A DNA stretch of 64,000 nt from Candidatus Hydrogenedentota bacterium. GTDB lineage: Bacteria > Hydrogenedentota > Hydrogenedentia > Hydrogenedentales > JAEUWI01. How positions within the stretch are numbered: position 1 is the stretch's first letter; every line of letters begins with the position of its first letter. The stretch is from the NCBI GenBank assembly GCA_034669905.1, contig JAXMOL010000042.1, positions 10,681 through 74,680 of the forward strand. The letters are read 5' to 3'. A model generated the notes under the pieces. That model was not told where the DNA came from, searched no databases, and worked only from the letters and a program-made list of their open reading frames with translations. Below are positions 1-9,304 of the stretch, one piece after another. The position numbers were made by a program, and so were the translations under genes.

Positions 1-248
1 ACGACGACCGGGTCGTCGCCGGGCGCGGTGTCATAAATGGCATCCAGCTGCTGCTCCAGACGACGGATTACGGCACGGTGCTCTTCGGGCGGTGCCAGAT
101 CGATGGCATCGTCCACCTGACGACACCACGTGTACAAGACCTCTACCGCATGGCGGGAGTCCGCCGGAATAAGTTTGGACGCAAACGAAAAACTCTTGCT
201 GTGTTGCTGGATGGTGTCTCGGAAGAGGTCGGTGCTTTCGGTGCTCAT
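1..248 (-). CDS. crtB: Phytoene synthase, N-terminal 82 aa; gene continues off the left edge
   Basis: Not in the ORF track. Manual translation from ATG at 248, overlapping the crtI stop (ATGA): MSTESTDLFRDTIQQHSKSFSFASKLIPADSRHAVEVLYTWCRQVDDAIDL..., carrying the CrtB SKSFxxA and LYxWCRxxDDxxD motifs. Confidence 0.93.
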   Translation of the reverse strand, partial: MSTESTDLFRDTIQQHSKSFSFASKLIPADSRHAVEVLYTWCRQVDDAIDLAPPEEHRAVIRRLEQQLDAIYDTAPGDDPVV

Positions 249-1798
249 GCGCCTACTCCGACACCCAAATCGGCGAGGACCAGTTCGGTGGTGGCCGTGG
301 CCGAGTTTACAACACCGGGAACGCCCGCGCCCGGGTGGGTGCCGGCCCCGACAATATACAGGCCGGGGATTTTCGGGTCCCGGTTGTGGGGCCGGAACCA
401 GGCGCTTTGTGTGAGGGTGGGCGCCAGCGAGAAGGCGGCCCCCTGATAGGCGTTGAGTTCCGATTTGAAATCCGTGGGGGTCATCCACCGCTGGGTGACG
501 ACGTGCTTACGCAGCTCCGGCATGTCCCGCTCCAGGTAGGTCAATATCCGTTCTGCATAGGCGGGGCCGATCGTTTCCCAGTCCAGGGGCGCGTTGCCGA
601 GATGGGGCACGGGGCTCAGCACATAGTAGGTGCCACCGCCCGGGGGGGCGAGGCTCGGATCCGTTACGGTCGGTGCATGGAGATAGAGGCTGAAGTCATC
701 GGGGAGTTCCGCACCGTGGAAGATGTCTTGCAGCAGCCCTTTGTAGCGCGGCCCGAAGAGTACCGTGTGATGGGCAATGTCGTAGTTTTTGTCCGTGCCG
801 AAATAGAGCACAAAAAGGGACATGGACCATTGGGACCGCTCCAGCCGTCGTTGGGTATGTTGTGCCGCTTCTTCTGAGCGATAAAGGCGGGCGTAGGTGT
901 GGTGGATGTCGGCATTGGAAACTACGGCATCCGCTTCCATTTGGGGTAATCCACTGGAGTAAATTCGATGGCGAACCCGGCCCGATTCATGGACCACCAC
1001 CACCTCGTCCACCGGTGCGCTGAGGTGCAAGGTACCGCCCAATTCTTTGAAAAGCTTCACCAGTGCCTGGATCAGGGCGCCCGTTCCACCCTTGGGGAAG
1101 TACACGCCCCAGTTGCGTTCGAGATAGTGAATCAAGGTGTAGATGGCACTCGTCTCATAGGGGTTTCCACCTACGAGGAGGGAGTGAAAACTCAGGGCCT
1201 CGCGAAGATGCTCGTCCTTCACAAAGCGGGCCACCGTGTTGTACACACTTCGGTCCGCCCGAAGCCGCATGAGGTCGGGGGCAACCCGTATCATGTCGCG
1301 AAAATTGAGAAAGGGCACATCGACCAGTTCTTCGTAGCCCTTGGCAAACACCTTGCGTGTGTATTCCAGGAAGCGGATGTACCCGTCCCTGTCGGCTGTG
1401 CTGCGGGCGCTAATTTGTTCCAGCATGGCGTCGAGGTCACCGGTGTAGTCCAGACGGTCCCCGTCTTCCCATTGGAGCCGATAGAAAGGCGAGACGGGCA
1501 GGAGGGTGACATAGTCGGACAGTTTTCGATCGGCCACTTCGAAGAGGGCTTCGAGGCACTGGGGGGCCGTGATTACCGTGGGACCCGCATCAAAGGTGTA
1601 GCCCTGGTCTTCGTAGACATAGGCTCGGCCCCCTGGTTTGTCCCGCCCCTCATAGAGGGTCACCTGCACGCCCTGGGCCTGCAGCCGAATAGCAGCGGCG
1701 AGTCCGCCAAAGCCACTTCCGATGACGGCCGCCGCGGGGCGCTCGGGATGGGGTGCAACCGGTGTTTTTTCCGTTTCTTTCAAGACTGTATCAGGCAT
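245..1798 (-). CDS. crtI: Phytoene desaturase (CrtI-type)
   Basis: FAD motif VIGSGFGGLAAAIRL, GGRAY, FDAGPTVIT and C-terminal VGAGTHPGAGVPGV; crt operon context. Confidence 0.97.
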   Translation of the reverse strand: MPDTVLKETEKTPVAPHPERPAAAVIGSGFGGLAAAIRLQAQGVQVTLYEGRDKPGGRAYVYEDQGYTFDAGPTVITAPQCLEALFEVADRKLSDYVTLLPVSPFYRLQWEDGDRLDYTGDLDAMLEQISARSTADRDGYIRFLEYTRKVFAKGYEELVDVPFLNFRDMIRVAPDLMRLRADRSVYNTVARFVKDEHLREALSFHSLLVGGNPYETSAIYTLIHYLERNWGVYFPKGGTGALIQALVKLFKELGGTLHLSAPVDEVVVVHESGRVRHRIYSSGLPQMEADAVVSNADIHHTYARLYRSEEAAQHTQRRLERSQWSMSLFVLYFGTDKNYDIAHHTVLFGPRYKGLLQDIFHGAELPDDFSLYLHAPTVTDPSLAPPGGGTYYVLSPVPHLGNAPLDWETIGPAYAERILTYLERDMPELRKHVVTQRWMTPTDFKSELNAYQGAAFSLAPTLTQSAWFRPHNRDPKIPGLYIVGAGTHPGAGVPGVVNSATATTELVLADLGVGVGA

Positions 1799-2861
1799 AG
1801 GAGCGACACATCCTTTCGAAGGAGACCCGCATCTGGTTTAGCGCGTCGTTGCATTGGACATCGGGCCGAATGGCGAGCAGGGCATCTTCTACCGCGCCAC
1901 GGAGTTGGTCGGCGGCATCCGCAGGAATGGACTGGCGCAGACGCAAACGGAGAAAGCTATAGTCCAGGTGACCGGATTGGATGTCGTGGGAAAAGTTCAA
2001 CAGTTCCTGGTAAGTATGGGGCGACACAGAATCCGCCGCCCAGGCCCAGGGCCATGTGGGGGTTCCTGTCATCAGATCCTCACGGGCCTTATCGCCCCGG
2101 TCGTCTCGGCTGATGGTTCCCATATCGTCCAGCATCTGAAGGGTGATGCCCACCGATTCGCCGAAGGCAGCGAAGCGCCGGCAGGTTTCAAGATCGGCTT
2201 CGGCCGCAAGTGCGCCCAGGTAAGTGGCGAGTCCCATGAGGCTGCCCGTCTTCAGCCGCGTCTTGGAAGCGGTAACTTCATGGACATGCTCTTGTCGCAC
2301 GTCGGCTATTTTGAGGCTCACGTCGAGCCCCTGTCCCAGGTGACAGCGATATTGGGTTTCACCCAGTTGCTTCAGGGCGGCAAGGGCTCGCTCCGGTGTC
2401 AGTCCCGCTTCTCCAATGAGTTGAATGGGCCAGAAGTAGAGCCAGTTGCCAGCGTTCAGGGCGGGTGCCACGCCGTATCGGAGATGGAGTGCCTTGTCGC
2501 CGCGCCGTATCGTGGCGTCGTCTTCAATATCATCGATAATGAGTGACCCCGCGTGCAGGGCTTCCACCGCAAGGGAAAGGGTGGTGGGTTCGGGGCCCGT
2601 GGCGCCGGCGGCCTTCCACGCCCAGTGCAGCATGCCCGCGCGGATCATCTTGGAGGGCCGTCCGAGAAAGTCCTGCAGGGGGTTTCCCATGGCCCGTTGC
2701 CAGTAGGCGCGGGCGAGGGGGGCATCCTCCGGTCCCGACAGGGCGCGCAGCGAGGCGGGGGAAAAGGCGGTGCGCAGGCGATGTAGCAGATGGGCACGAA
2801 GGCGCGTGGGAATGAGGGCATCGTGCGCGAGGTCAGCAGGCTGGGTCACGGGGGCGTTCAT
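1791..2861 (-). CDS. crtE: Polyprenyl/geranylgeranyl diphosphate synthase
   Basis: FARM SLIIDDIEDD..RRG, GQGLD and KTG motifs. Start moved to ATG 2861 (AAAGGAG RBS, ATGA overlap with the crtY stop). Confidence 0.88.
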   Translation of the reverse strand: MNAPVTQPADLAHDALIPTRLRAHLLHRLRTAFSPASLRALSGPEDAPLARAYWQRAMGNPLQDFLGRPSKMIRAGMLHWAWKAAGATGPEPTTLSLAVEALHAGSLIIDDIEDDATIRRGDKALHLRYGVAPALNAGNWLYFWPIQLIGEAGLTPERALAALKQLGETQYRCHLGQGLDVSLKIADVRQEHVHEVTASKTRLKTGSLMGLATYLGALAAEADLETCRRFAAFGESVGITLQMLDDMGTISRDDRGDKAREDLMTGTPTWPWAWAADSVSPHTYQELLNFSHDIQSGHLDYSFLRLRLRQSIPADAADQLRGAVEDALLAIRPDVQCNDALNQMRVSFERMCRSYA

Positions 2862-4021
2862 AATAGGACTGCTCCTTTGAGTAACTGCCGAAAGGTAAAT
2901 CCACGAGGGGGGCACCCCATAAAAAAGCGGGCTTTGTCCCCCAGCGTGGTGTCCATCCGGTAGAACCGTTCAATGCATTGTTCCGGGAAGCGGTAGAAAC
3001 GACTGAAGACGGGGTGTCGGCGGGCGGGTTCATAGGCTGTGAAGAGCAATCGATTCAGCACCGTGGCAAAGCGATACTGATTTCGATGACGGACGATGAG
3101 CTGCTCCCAATCGGCGTTCACGGGGTTTTCCGGTGCACACTGGGCGATGTGTTCGGCCACACGAAGGGCACAGGGGAAGGAGTAGCCGGTCGCGGGGTGA
3201 AAGAACCCTCCCCGATATCCGACGGCCAGCGGCATCGCGTGCGGCCAGCGAGACGGCATTTCGTAGGGCATGGGTAAGACGCCGGATTCACATCGGATTT
3301 CCGAAGCTATGACATAGCCGTTTTGTTCGGCATAGGAGCGCACGCGCTCCCGGCCGTCGTTGCTGTCCAGCCGGGGGTTATTAGAGAAACAGGTGTCTTC
3401 TATCAGTACCCGTTGGGGAGTAAAAGGCAATACATACATGAAGCGGAAGCCGTCGTCTTGGGCGATGGTCGCGTCCATTAACAGCGGCTCGGTGCGGGGG
3501 CAGGGTGATGTCAGCGCCAGCTCCAATCCGACAAATTTCTGATAGCCCCCCCGAAAGCCAACGGGGGAGAAGGTGGGGCCCCGCCCATCCAATACATAGG
3601 TTCCTTGAAATCTCCGACCGTCCAACAAGACGACGTATCCATCCGCGACCTGGGACACGTGGGCACCCGTCACTATCTGTGTGTGGGGCGATTGCTCGAA
3701 TGTGGTCGTGAGCGCCGTGGCCAGCGCCGCGGAGGAGAAAGAGCGGTACCCACAATCGACCCGCCGGGCCAACTCGGGAAATCGGACCTCGTAAGCGGGC
3801 CACTGCACGGAGGCAACGGCGGAAAGCCACGGTTCTGCGGCGGCCGGCACGTCCGCCTGATGGAACGACCAGGTGTGATTTCCGCACAGGGTGTCCGCGG
3901 ATTCAAGCAACAGCACTCGGGCCGAAGGGAGATGGTGCAACAGGGCAAGGGCAATGAGGCCATTTTGCAGGCCGCCTCCGGCGAGCACGTAGTCCCAGTT
4001 TTTGTCATCGATTCTCGTCAC
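2858..4021 (-). CDS. crtY: Lycopene beta-cyclase (CrtY-type)
   Basis: GGGLQNGLIA, GNHTWSFH, YQKFVGLEL, LMDAT..QDDGFRFMYVLP and GGFFHPATGYS motifs. Start probably GTG 4021, because the track start at 4060 lies at the predicted transcription start. Confidence 0.93.
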   Translation of the reverse strand: MTRIDDKNWDYVLAGGGLQNGLIALALLHHLPSARVLLLESADTLCGNHTWSFHQADVPAAAEPWLSAVASVQWPAYEVRFPELARRVDCGYRSFSSAALATALTTTFEQSPHTQIVTGAHVSQVADGYVVLLDGRRFQGTYVLDGRGPTFSPVGFRGGYQKFVGLELALTSPCPRTEPLLMDATIAQDDGFRFMYVLPFTPQRVLIEDTCFSNNPRLDSNDGRERVRSYAEQNGYVIASEIRCESGVLPMPYEMPSRWPHAMPLAVGYRGGFFHPATGYSFPCALRVAEHIAQCAPENPVNADWEQLIVRHRNQYRFATVLNRLLFTAYEPARRHPVFSRFYRFPEQCIERFYRMDTTLGDKARFFMGCPPRGFTFRQLLKGAVLL

Positions 4022-4065
4022 CAGCCACGACCTTTCCGGAAGCTTCCCATCGTTCCTCACGTCTC

Positions 4066-4094
4066 ATGGTACGCCCGTGGCCTCTATTTGTCAA
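4066..4094 (-). promoter_or_regulatory. sigma70-type promoter of the crt operon
   Basis: Minus strand TTGACA (4094-4089), 17-nt spacer, TACCAT (4071-4066). Confidence 0.7.
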
Positions 4095-4188
4095 GATAAA
4101 ATTAGACAAAACACAGACAGTATGATAGGCTGAATGTGGAGAGGGGGTGGTTGGCGTAGTACAATGGCCTCGAAAAGGAGTTTCAGAC

Positions 4189-4710
4189 GTGAGTGATACG
4201 GTCATTCTGGTAGACGAAGACGATCAGTACGTGGGTACGGCGGAAAAGCTGGGCGTGCACCAACGGGGCGATTTGCATCGCGCGTTCTCGGTGTTTCTCT
4301 TTGATGAGGAGGGGCGCTGGCTCCTTCAGCGGCGACATGAAGGCAAATACCATTCGGGAGGTTTGTGGACGAACACGTGCTGCAGCCATCCGGCGCCCGG
4401 TGAAGAGACCGGGGCCGCCGCGCGACGCCGCCTCGTGATGGAAATGGGGATTGATGTACCGATTCATCGGACTTTCCGGTTCCAATACCGGGCGGAATTG
4501 GACAACGCGTTGACGGAGCACGAAGTGGATCATGTTTTCTTCGGCAGCTATAACGGCGTTGCCCATCCCCATCCGAAGGAGGTTTCGGATTGGCGCTGGA
4601 TTGATTTCGAAGCACTGCAAGGGGAGTTGTCCGCCCGGCCGGAACATTTCACCCACTGGTTTCGAATCGCGGTGCCGATGGTGCAAGCCCATATGGAACC
4701 GGCTATGTAG
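4189..4710 (+). CDS. idi: Isopentenyl-diphosphate delta-isomerase type 1
   Basis: LHRAFSVFLF, WTNTCCSHP, EHEVDHVF motifs; GTG 4189 follows an AAAAGGAG RBS. Confidence 0.96.
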   Translation: MSDTVILVDEDDQYVGTAEKLGVHQRGDLHRAFSVFLFDEEGRWLLQRRHEGKYHSGGLWTNTCCSHPAPGEETGAAARRRLVMEMGIDVPIHRTFRFQYRAELDNALTEHEVDHVFFGSYNGVAHPHPKEVSDWRWIDFEALQGELSARPEHFTHWFRIAVPMVQAHMEPAM

Positions 4711-4841
4711 GAGTAGGACTTAGAGCACGCCCGAAATGTTTGGGAAAGGTCCGGGGGCTCGTGTAGACTGGCGTTCATGTCGAAGTTTCGTTGGCTACCA
4801 ACCGCCCCGACATGTGTACGGGGCCCCTTGAAAGGCACCGT

Positions 4842-6521
4842 ATGAACGCTGTTACCTCGCGTTGGGCACGTACCGCATCGACTCTTTTTGCCCTGGTTGT
4901 CGGGCTCTCTGCCTGCTACCCCAATGTACCGATTGCGCGTTTTCAGCTCATCAACGAGTCCCCCTATGAAATTACCTTTTTCGCGGTCGCGGAATCGGAG
5001 GCCGGGCTGGAAGAGGCGCCCAACCTGCTTACGTCCAACCTGTCGGCGAGCGCGGTGGCCGATGCCGATGTGGATGGCGCAGGCACCTACTGGCTGCGGG
5101 CTGTCGCCTCCGTGAATGGCACGCCCGTGACCCATACCGCGGGGCCCATGCGGATGAATGGCGGAACAGTCGGCTGGGTCTGGGCGGCGGAAGGCGATAG
5201 CGTCGTAGCCAGCACCGCCGCGGCCGATATTTTTGCCCAGACCACCTTGCCCGCACTCCTGATCGACACCAACGGGGTGGCGGTGCCCGATGAGCCGAAA
5301 ATTAACGCATCCCTCTATGTGGTCGATCACCAGGATGGCACCGTCAACCGCCCCACGGATACACCCACCCAACCGGTTGTGTCCATTGGCATTGAACGCC
5401 GGGGCTACTCCACCCAGACCTTCCCCAAGGCCTCCTGGGGCGTTGAAGGGCGGGACGCCGAAGGTAATGACGAAAACTTCGCCTTGCTGGGCCTGCCCGA
5501 AGAAGAAGACTGGGTCCTGTATGGCCCCTGGATGGACCGGAGCCTTATTCGCAATGCGCTTGGCTATGAATTGTGGGGCGCTCTCGGTTGGTATGCACCC
5601 CGAACCCGTTTTTGCGAGGTCTACCTGCACGATGACCCGAGCCGGAGCATTCCCGAGTCCTATGTGGGGGTCTATCTCCTGACGGAGAAAATAAAGCGGG
5701 ACAAGAACCGACTGGACATCAAGAAGCTGGACCCCGAAGACGATGCCGAGCCGGCTATCACGGGCGGCTATCTCATGGAAATGCGGGAACCCGATCGTCT
5801 CGATCCCGGTGAGGTCGCCATTCCCATTCGCGATGGGTTTGTTATGACGCCCGTGTCGCCCAACAGCAGCAAGATTACCGGTGCCCAGGTGGTGTGGTTT
5901 CGCCGTCACATTCAGGCCTTTGAGGCGGCCCTCTTCGGTCCCGATTTCCGGGACCCCGAAAAAGGCTATGCACCCTTCATCGATACCGATTCCTTCGTGG
6001 ACTACATGTTGCTCCAGGAATTCTTTAAAAACCGGGATGCCTTCCACTCCAGCACCTTCCTCTATAAAGATCGGGAGGACGTGATCCACATGGGACCCAT
6101 CTGGGACCTGAACATCGCTATGGGCTATTTCAGCTTTCAGGGCATCCAAGGCACCGACGGCTGGCTGCTCAACACGAACGGTGGTCCCGTTTCACGGAGT
6201 CCCTGGACCGCCCGTCTGTTGGAAGACCCCGCCTTTGCCCAACGCTACCAGGCCCGTTGGCAGGAGCTTCGGAACAGCACCCTTTCCACGGTGGCTATTG
6301 AAGAACGCATTGATGCCCTGGTCGCCCAACTGAACACGGCGCAGGCCCGCCAGTTTATCCGTTGGCCCTCACTGGGCATGACCCTCTTTCCCGATATTAA
6401 TTTTCTCATGTTTGCCGGGCCCCACCCGGATTCCTATCAGGGGGAGATTGAATACCTCAAGACCTGGCTCGAAGACCGCGGTCGTTGGATAGACGAACAC
6501 ATCGCCGAGCTCGCCCGCTAA
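4842..6521 (+). CDS. CotH-family kinase, predicted lipoprotein
   Basis: Lipobox LSAC; CotH motifs RGYST..FPKAS, EDWVL..PWMDRSLIRN, YVGVYLLTEKI, GPIWDLNIAMG. Confidence 0.88.
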   Translation: MNAVTSRWARTASTLFALVVGLSACYPNVPIARFQLINESPYEITFFAVAESEAGLEEAPNLLTSNLSASAVADADVDGAGTYWLRAVASVNGTPVTHTAGPMRMNGGTVGWVWAAEGDSVVASTAAADIFAQTTLPALLIDTNGVAVPDEPKINASLYVVDHQDGTVNRPTDTPTQPVVSIGIERRGYSTQTFPKASWGVEGRDAEGNDENFALLGLPEEEDWVLYGPWMDRSLIRNALGYELWGALGWYAPRTRFCEVYLHDDPSRSIPESYVGVYLLTEKIKRDKNRLDIKKLDPEDDAEPAITGGYLMEMREPDRLDPGEVAIPIRDGFVMTPVSPNSSKITGAQVVWFRRHIQAFEAALFGPDFRDPEKGYAPFIDTDSFVDYMLLQEFFKNRDAFHSSTFLYKDREDVIHMGPIWDLNIAMGYFSFQGIQGTDGWLLNTNGGPVSRSPWTARLLEDPAFAQRYQARWQELRNSTLSTVAIEERIDALVAQLNTAQARQFIRWPSLGMTLFPDINFLMFAGPHPDSYQGEIEYLKTWLEDRGRWIDEHIAELAR

Positions 6522-6543
6522 GCCCGTCGAATTTCTGATTGTC

Positions 6544-6581
6544 AACGCCGTCCGTTCCTCTTGGAGCGGACGGCGTTTTTT
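6544..6581 (+). terminator. Intrinsic terminator after the CotH gene
   Basis: AACGCCGTCCGTTCC-TCTT-GGAGCGGACGGCGTT followed by a T-run. Confidence 0.85.
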
Positions 6582-6591
6582 ACCAGGGACG

Positions 6592-6620
6592 TTGACGCCT
6601 GCCGCCCTTCGGTCTATACT
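6592..6620 (+). promoter_or_regulatory. sigma70-type promoter of the Rid gene
   Basis: TTGACG, 17-nt spacer, TATACT. Confidence 0.75.
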
Positions 6621-6677
6621 CGCGGAAACTGCTAACGTGTGGCCCCAAGGGGGCTGGGAATTCAGGGAGACTCCATC

Positions 6678-7166
6678 GTGGAACAAGATTCGACTCCGAA
6701 ACATCGCCGTGCCTTCATGACGGCTTCTATTGCCAGCCTGGCCGGTGGCGCGGCCGCCGCGGTGAGTGCGACCCCGGCCCATGCCGCCGTCACGCGGACG
6801 GGCCTGCACCCTGATGGTGCGCCGGCGGACGACTCGGGCTACACACCGGGCATCGTGGCAACGGGCGGCGAGAAGGTGGTCTTTGTGTCGGGACAGGGTC
6901 CGGAGGATTACGACGCGGATATGGAAACCCAGATGCGCCAGACCTTCGACCGTATCGGGCGCGTCCTGGCCGAGGCCGGTGCCGGCTGGGAACACGTGGT
7001 TATCCTGCGCTCCTATTTTGTGCACATGGAGCGGGACCTGCCCGCCTACCGCAAGGTGCGGAAGGAGTATCTCAAGAAGCCCTACCCCGCCTCGACGGCC
7101 GTGGGTACTCCCGTTCTGGCTATCCCCGGATTGGATATTGAGATTGAAGCCGTCGCGATTGTTTAG
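6678..7166 (+). CDS. Rid (YjgF/RidA superfamily) protein with Tat signal peptide
   Basis: YTPG, VFVSGQ and C-terminal IEIEAVA; N-terminal HRRAFM..AHA twin-arginine leader; GTG 6678 after GGGAG. Confidence 0.85.
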   Translation: MEQDSTPKHRRAFMTASIASLAGGAAAAVSATPAHAAVTRTGLHPDGAPADDSGYTPGIVATGGEKVVFVSGQGPEDYDADMETQMRQTFDRIGRVLAEAGAGWEHVVILRSYFVHMERDLPAYRKVRKEYLKKPYPASTAVGTPVLAIPGLDIEIEAVAIV

Positions 7167-7427
7167 TTAAGCCTCGGACAACGAGGCGTGCCGACCCGTA
7201 GCGCGTTTACAATACCCCGTGCCGCGCGCTCCCGAGGTACGCGGGTTCGTGCGATTGAGGTGCTCGCAATGAGCAATCACAAGGCCCTCAGCGTATTCAG
7301 CCCGGCGACCTACGCACGAACCCGTCAGGACTCGTTGATACTCGCCTTTTGGGGATCGCGCGGCACGTTTGTTGCCTGAAGTTTCCTTTTCCAAAAGGTA
7401 TTATCGCTATTTTCTCATGAGTTAATT

Positions 7428-7477
7428 AAAACGCCTCGCTCCGACTGGTCAGCGACCGTGAGAGCAAGGCGTTTTTT
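7428..7477. terminator. Possible bidirectional terminator between the convergent Rid and degP genes
   Basis: AAAACGCCTCGCTC...GAGCAAGGCGTTTTTT imperfect hairpin flanked by A and T runs. Confidence 0.55.
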
Positions 7478-7539
7478 ATAGGGACCGGGGTGCCGGGCGC
7501 GGTGGCAAGGGACCACCACGCCCGACGAACACTCAACCG

Positions 7540-9021
7540 TTACGAAAGCTGCAAGGCTACGTAGCGGGAATGTCCTTCCCGGGTAATGTTCAACAACACC
7601 GTGTCGTTCTTCTTGCCCTTTTCCATGGCGTCCTTGAATTCTTCGACGCTCGAAACGGGCTGGCGGTTGACTTCGGTTACGATGGTTCCGCGGCGAATGC
7701 CTTCCCGAGCTGCGGGGGACCCGGCGACCACATCGGCCACGACGACACCTGTCTTGCCGGTGTAGCCGAGTTGCTCGGCAATACCTTCATCCAGATTCTG
7801 CAACTGGAGCCCGAGGCGTCGGTTTCCCTGTGGGGTGCTCCGTTCGGCCACGACTTCATCGGAGTCGAGCCGTCCGAGTTTGACGGACTTTTCTACCTTC
7901 TTACCGTCCCGCAGTACTTCTATCGGCGTCGATTTTCCGGGCTTGGTCGTGGCGACGCGGCTGCGCAGGGCGCTTGCATCGTGGACCACGTGGCCGTCGA
8001 AACGCAGGACGATGTCATCCTGTTCCAGACCGGCTTCGTAGGCGGGGGAACCTTCTACCACCTCGGCAATGAGGGCACCCTGATCACCTTCGATGTCGAA
8101 CCAGTTGGAGAGTTCGGGCGTCAGATTCTGGATGGACACCCCGAGGAAGCCACGGTCTACTTTGCCGTCGTCTTTGAGGTCCTCGACGACGTATTTCACC
8201 ATGTTGATGGGGATGGCAAAGCCGATGCCGTTGTTGCCCCCACTGCGGCTGAGGATGGCGGTGTTCATGCCCACCACTTCACCACGGAGGTTGATGAGCG
8301 GACCGCCCGAGTTGCCGGGGTTGATGGCCGCGTCCGTCTGGATGAAGTTGGCGTAATCCACAATGCCGACTTCGCTACGGCCCTGGGCACTTACGATGCC
8401 CGAGGTGACGGTGAAGTCGAGACCGAAGGGACTTCCCACGGCGAGGATCCATTCGCCCACGCGGACGCTGTCTGAATCACCGAGGCGGACGGTGGGCAGG
8501 CCTTCCGCATCAATCTTGATGAGGGCGACTTCCGTCTGGGGGTCGGAGCCGATGAGCGTCGCATCAAAGCGGCGGCCATCCTCCAACGTCACCCGCAACC
8601 CGTCGGCTTCACCGGCGACATGGTGATTGGTAACGATGTAACCATCCGGGGAGATGATGAAGCCGGAGCCACTGCCGACGGGTGCGGGCATGGCGTCTTC
8701 CTGCGGCATCTGGGGAAGGGGGTGTCCATTACCCCGGGGCCCGAAGAAATGGTGAAAGGGGGAACCATTCGCGCCGGGCGCGCCGGGGTATGCGACGGGT
8801 GCCGCCATGGTCTTACTGATTTCGATATAGACGACGCCATGGGAGGTTTCCTCCGCTACTTTGACATAGGAGTCGCTCAGGTTTTGCAGGGTTGAAATAG
8901 TATCGTTCACATCCGCGCCGTAGACGACGGGCGTATTGAAAAGGGCAAAGGTACCGGCTGTCGCAACAGCGGCTCCGACGATGCCCAAGCTGTAACCTTT
9001 TAGCGTGCTTTTTTGCATCAT
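7540..9021 (-). CDS. degP: HtrA/DegP-type serine protease with two PDZ domains
   Basis: GSGSGFII, TNHHV, IQTDAAINPGNSGGPL; two PDZ domains; N-terminal signal/anchor. Confidence 0.95.
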   Translation of the reverse strand: MMQKSTLKGYSLGIVGAAVATAGTFALFNTPVVYGADVNDTISTLQNLSDSYVKVAEETSHGVVYIEISKTMAAPVAYPGAPGANGSPFHHFFGPRGNGHPLPQMPQEDAMPAPVGSGSGFIISPDGYIVTNHHVAGEADGLRVTLEDGRRFDATLIGSDPQTEVALIKIDAEGLPTVRLGDSDSVRVGEWILAVGSPFGLDFTVTSGIVSAQGRSEVGIVDYANFIQTDAAINPGNSGGPLINLRGEVVGMNTAILSRSGGNNGIGFAIPINMVKYVVEDLKDDGKVDRGFLGVSIQNLTPELSNWFDIEGDQGALIAEVVEGSPAYEAGLEQDDIVLRFDGHVVHDASALRSRVATTKPGKSTPIEVLRDGKKVEKSVKLGRLDSDEVVAERSTPQGNRRLGLQLQNLDEGIAEQLGYTGKTGVVVADVVAGSPAAREGIRRGTIVTEVNRQPVSSVEEFKDAMEKGKKNDTVLLNITREGHSRYVALQLS

Positions 9022-9095
9022 GGCAATCCTTTTGGTTGGGTTTCGTTTACCGCACCCACAAGGGCGGGTAGTAGTTTGTAGCGCTGCCGATGTGA

Positions 9096-9112
9096 TGCAT
9101 AGTTCGTGCCAA
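9096..9112 (-). promoter_or_regulatory. sigma54 (-24/-12) promoter of degP
   Basis: Minus strand TTGGCACGAACTATGCA = TGGCAC-N5-(A)TGCA with exact GG-N10-GC spacing, about 75 nt before the start. Confidence 0.75.
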
Positions 9113-9304
9113 CCAGCGAGGATGTATGTCGATCTGGCCTGTTTACAGGCACTTACAGGGGTTGGTCGACGCTATTCAGCGCGCTTCGCGTGGGTGGGGT
9201 ATAGGTCTGAAATAGAGCATGCCACCTCAGTTTGGGGTGAAAAAGGGTGGGATGAGATACGGCATATTGGGGGAGACAGGGCTGTTGTTTCGAGTGCAGC
9301 ATCA

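Noticed and set aside
4089..4108. PpsR/CrtJ site at the crt promoter
   Set aside because: Spacing is TGT-N14-ACA, not the TGT-N12-ACA consensus.
7167..7400. Small ORFs or sRNA between the Rid gene and degP
   Set aside because: No RBS, motif or recognisable RNA structure to support a call.
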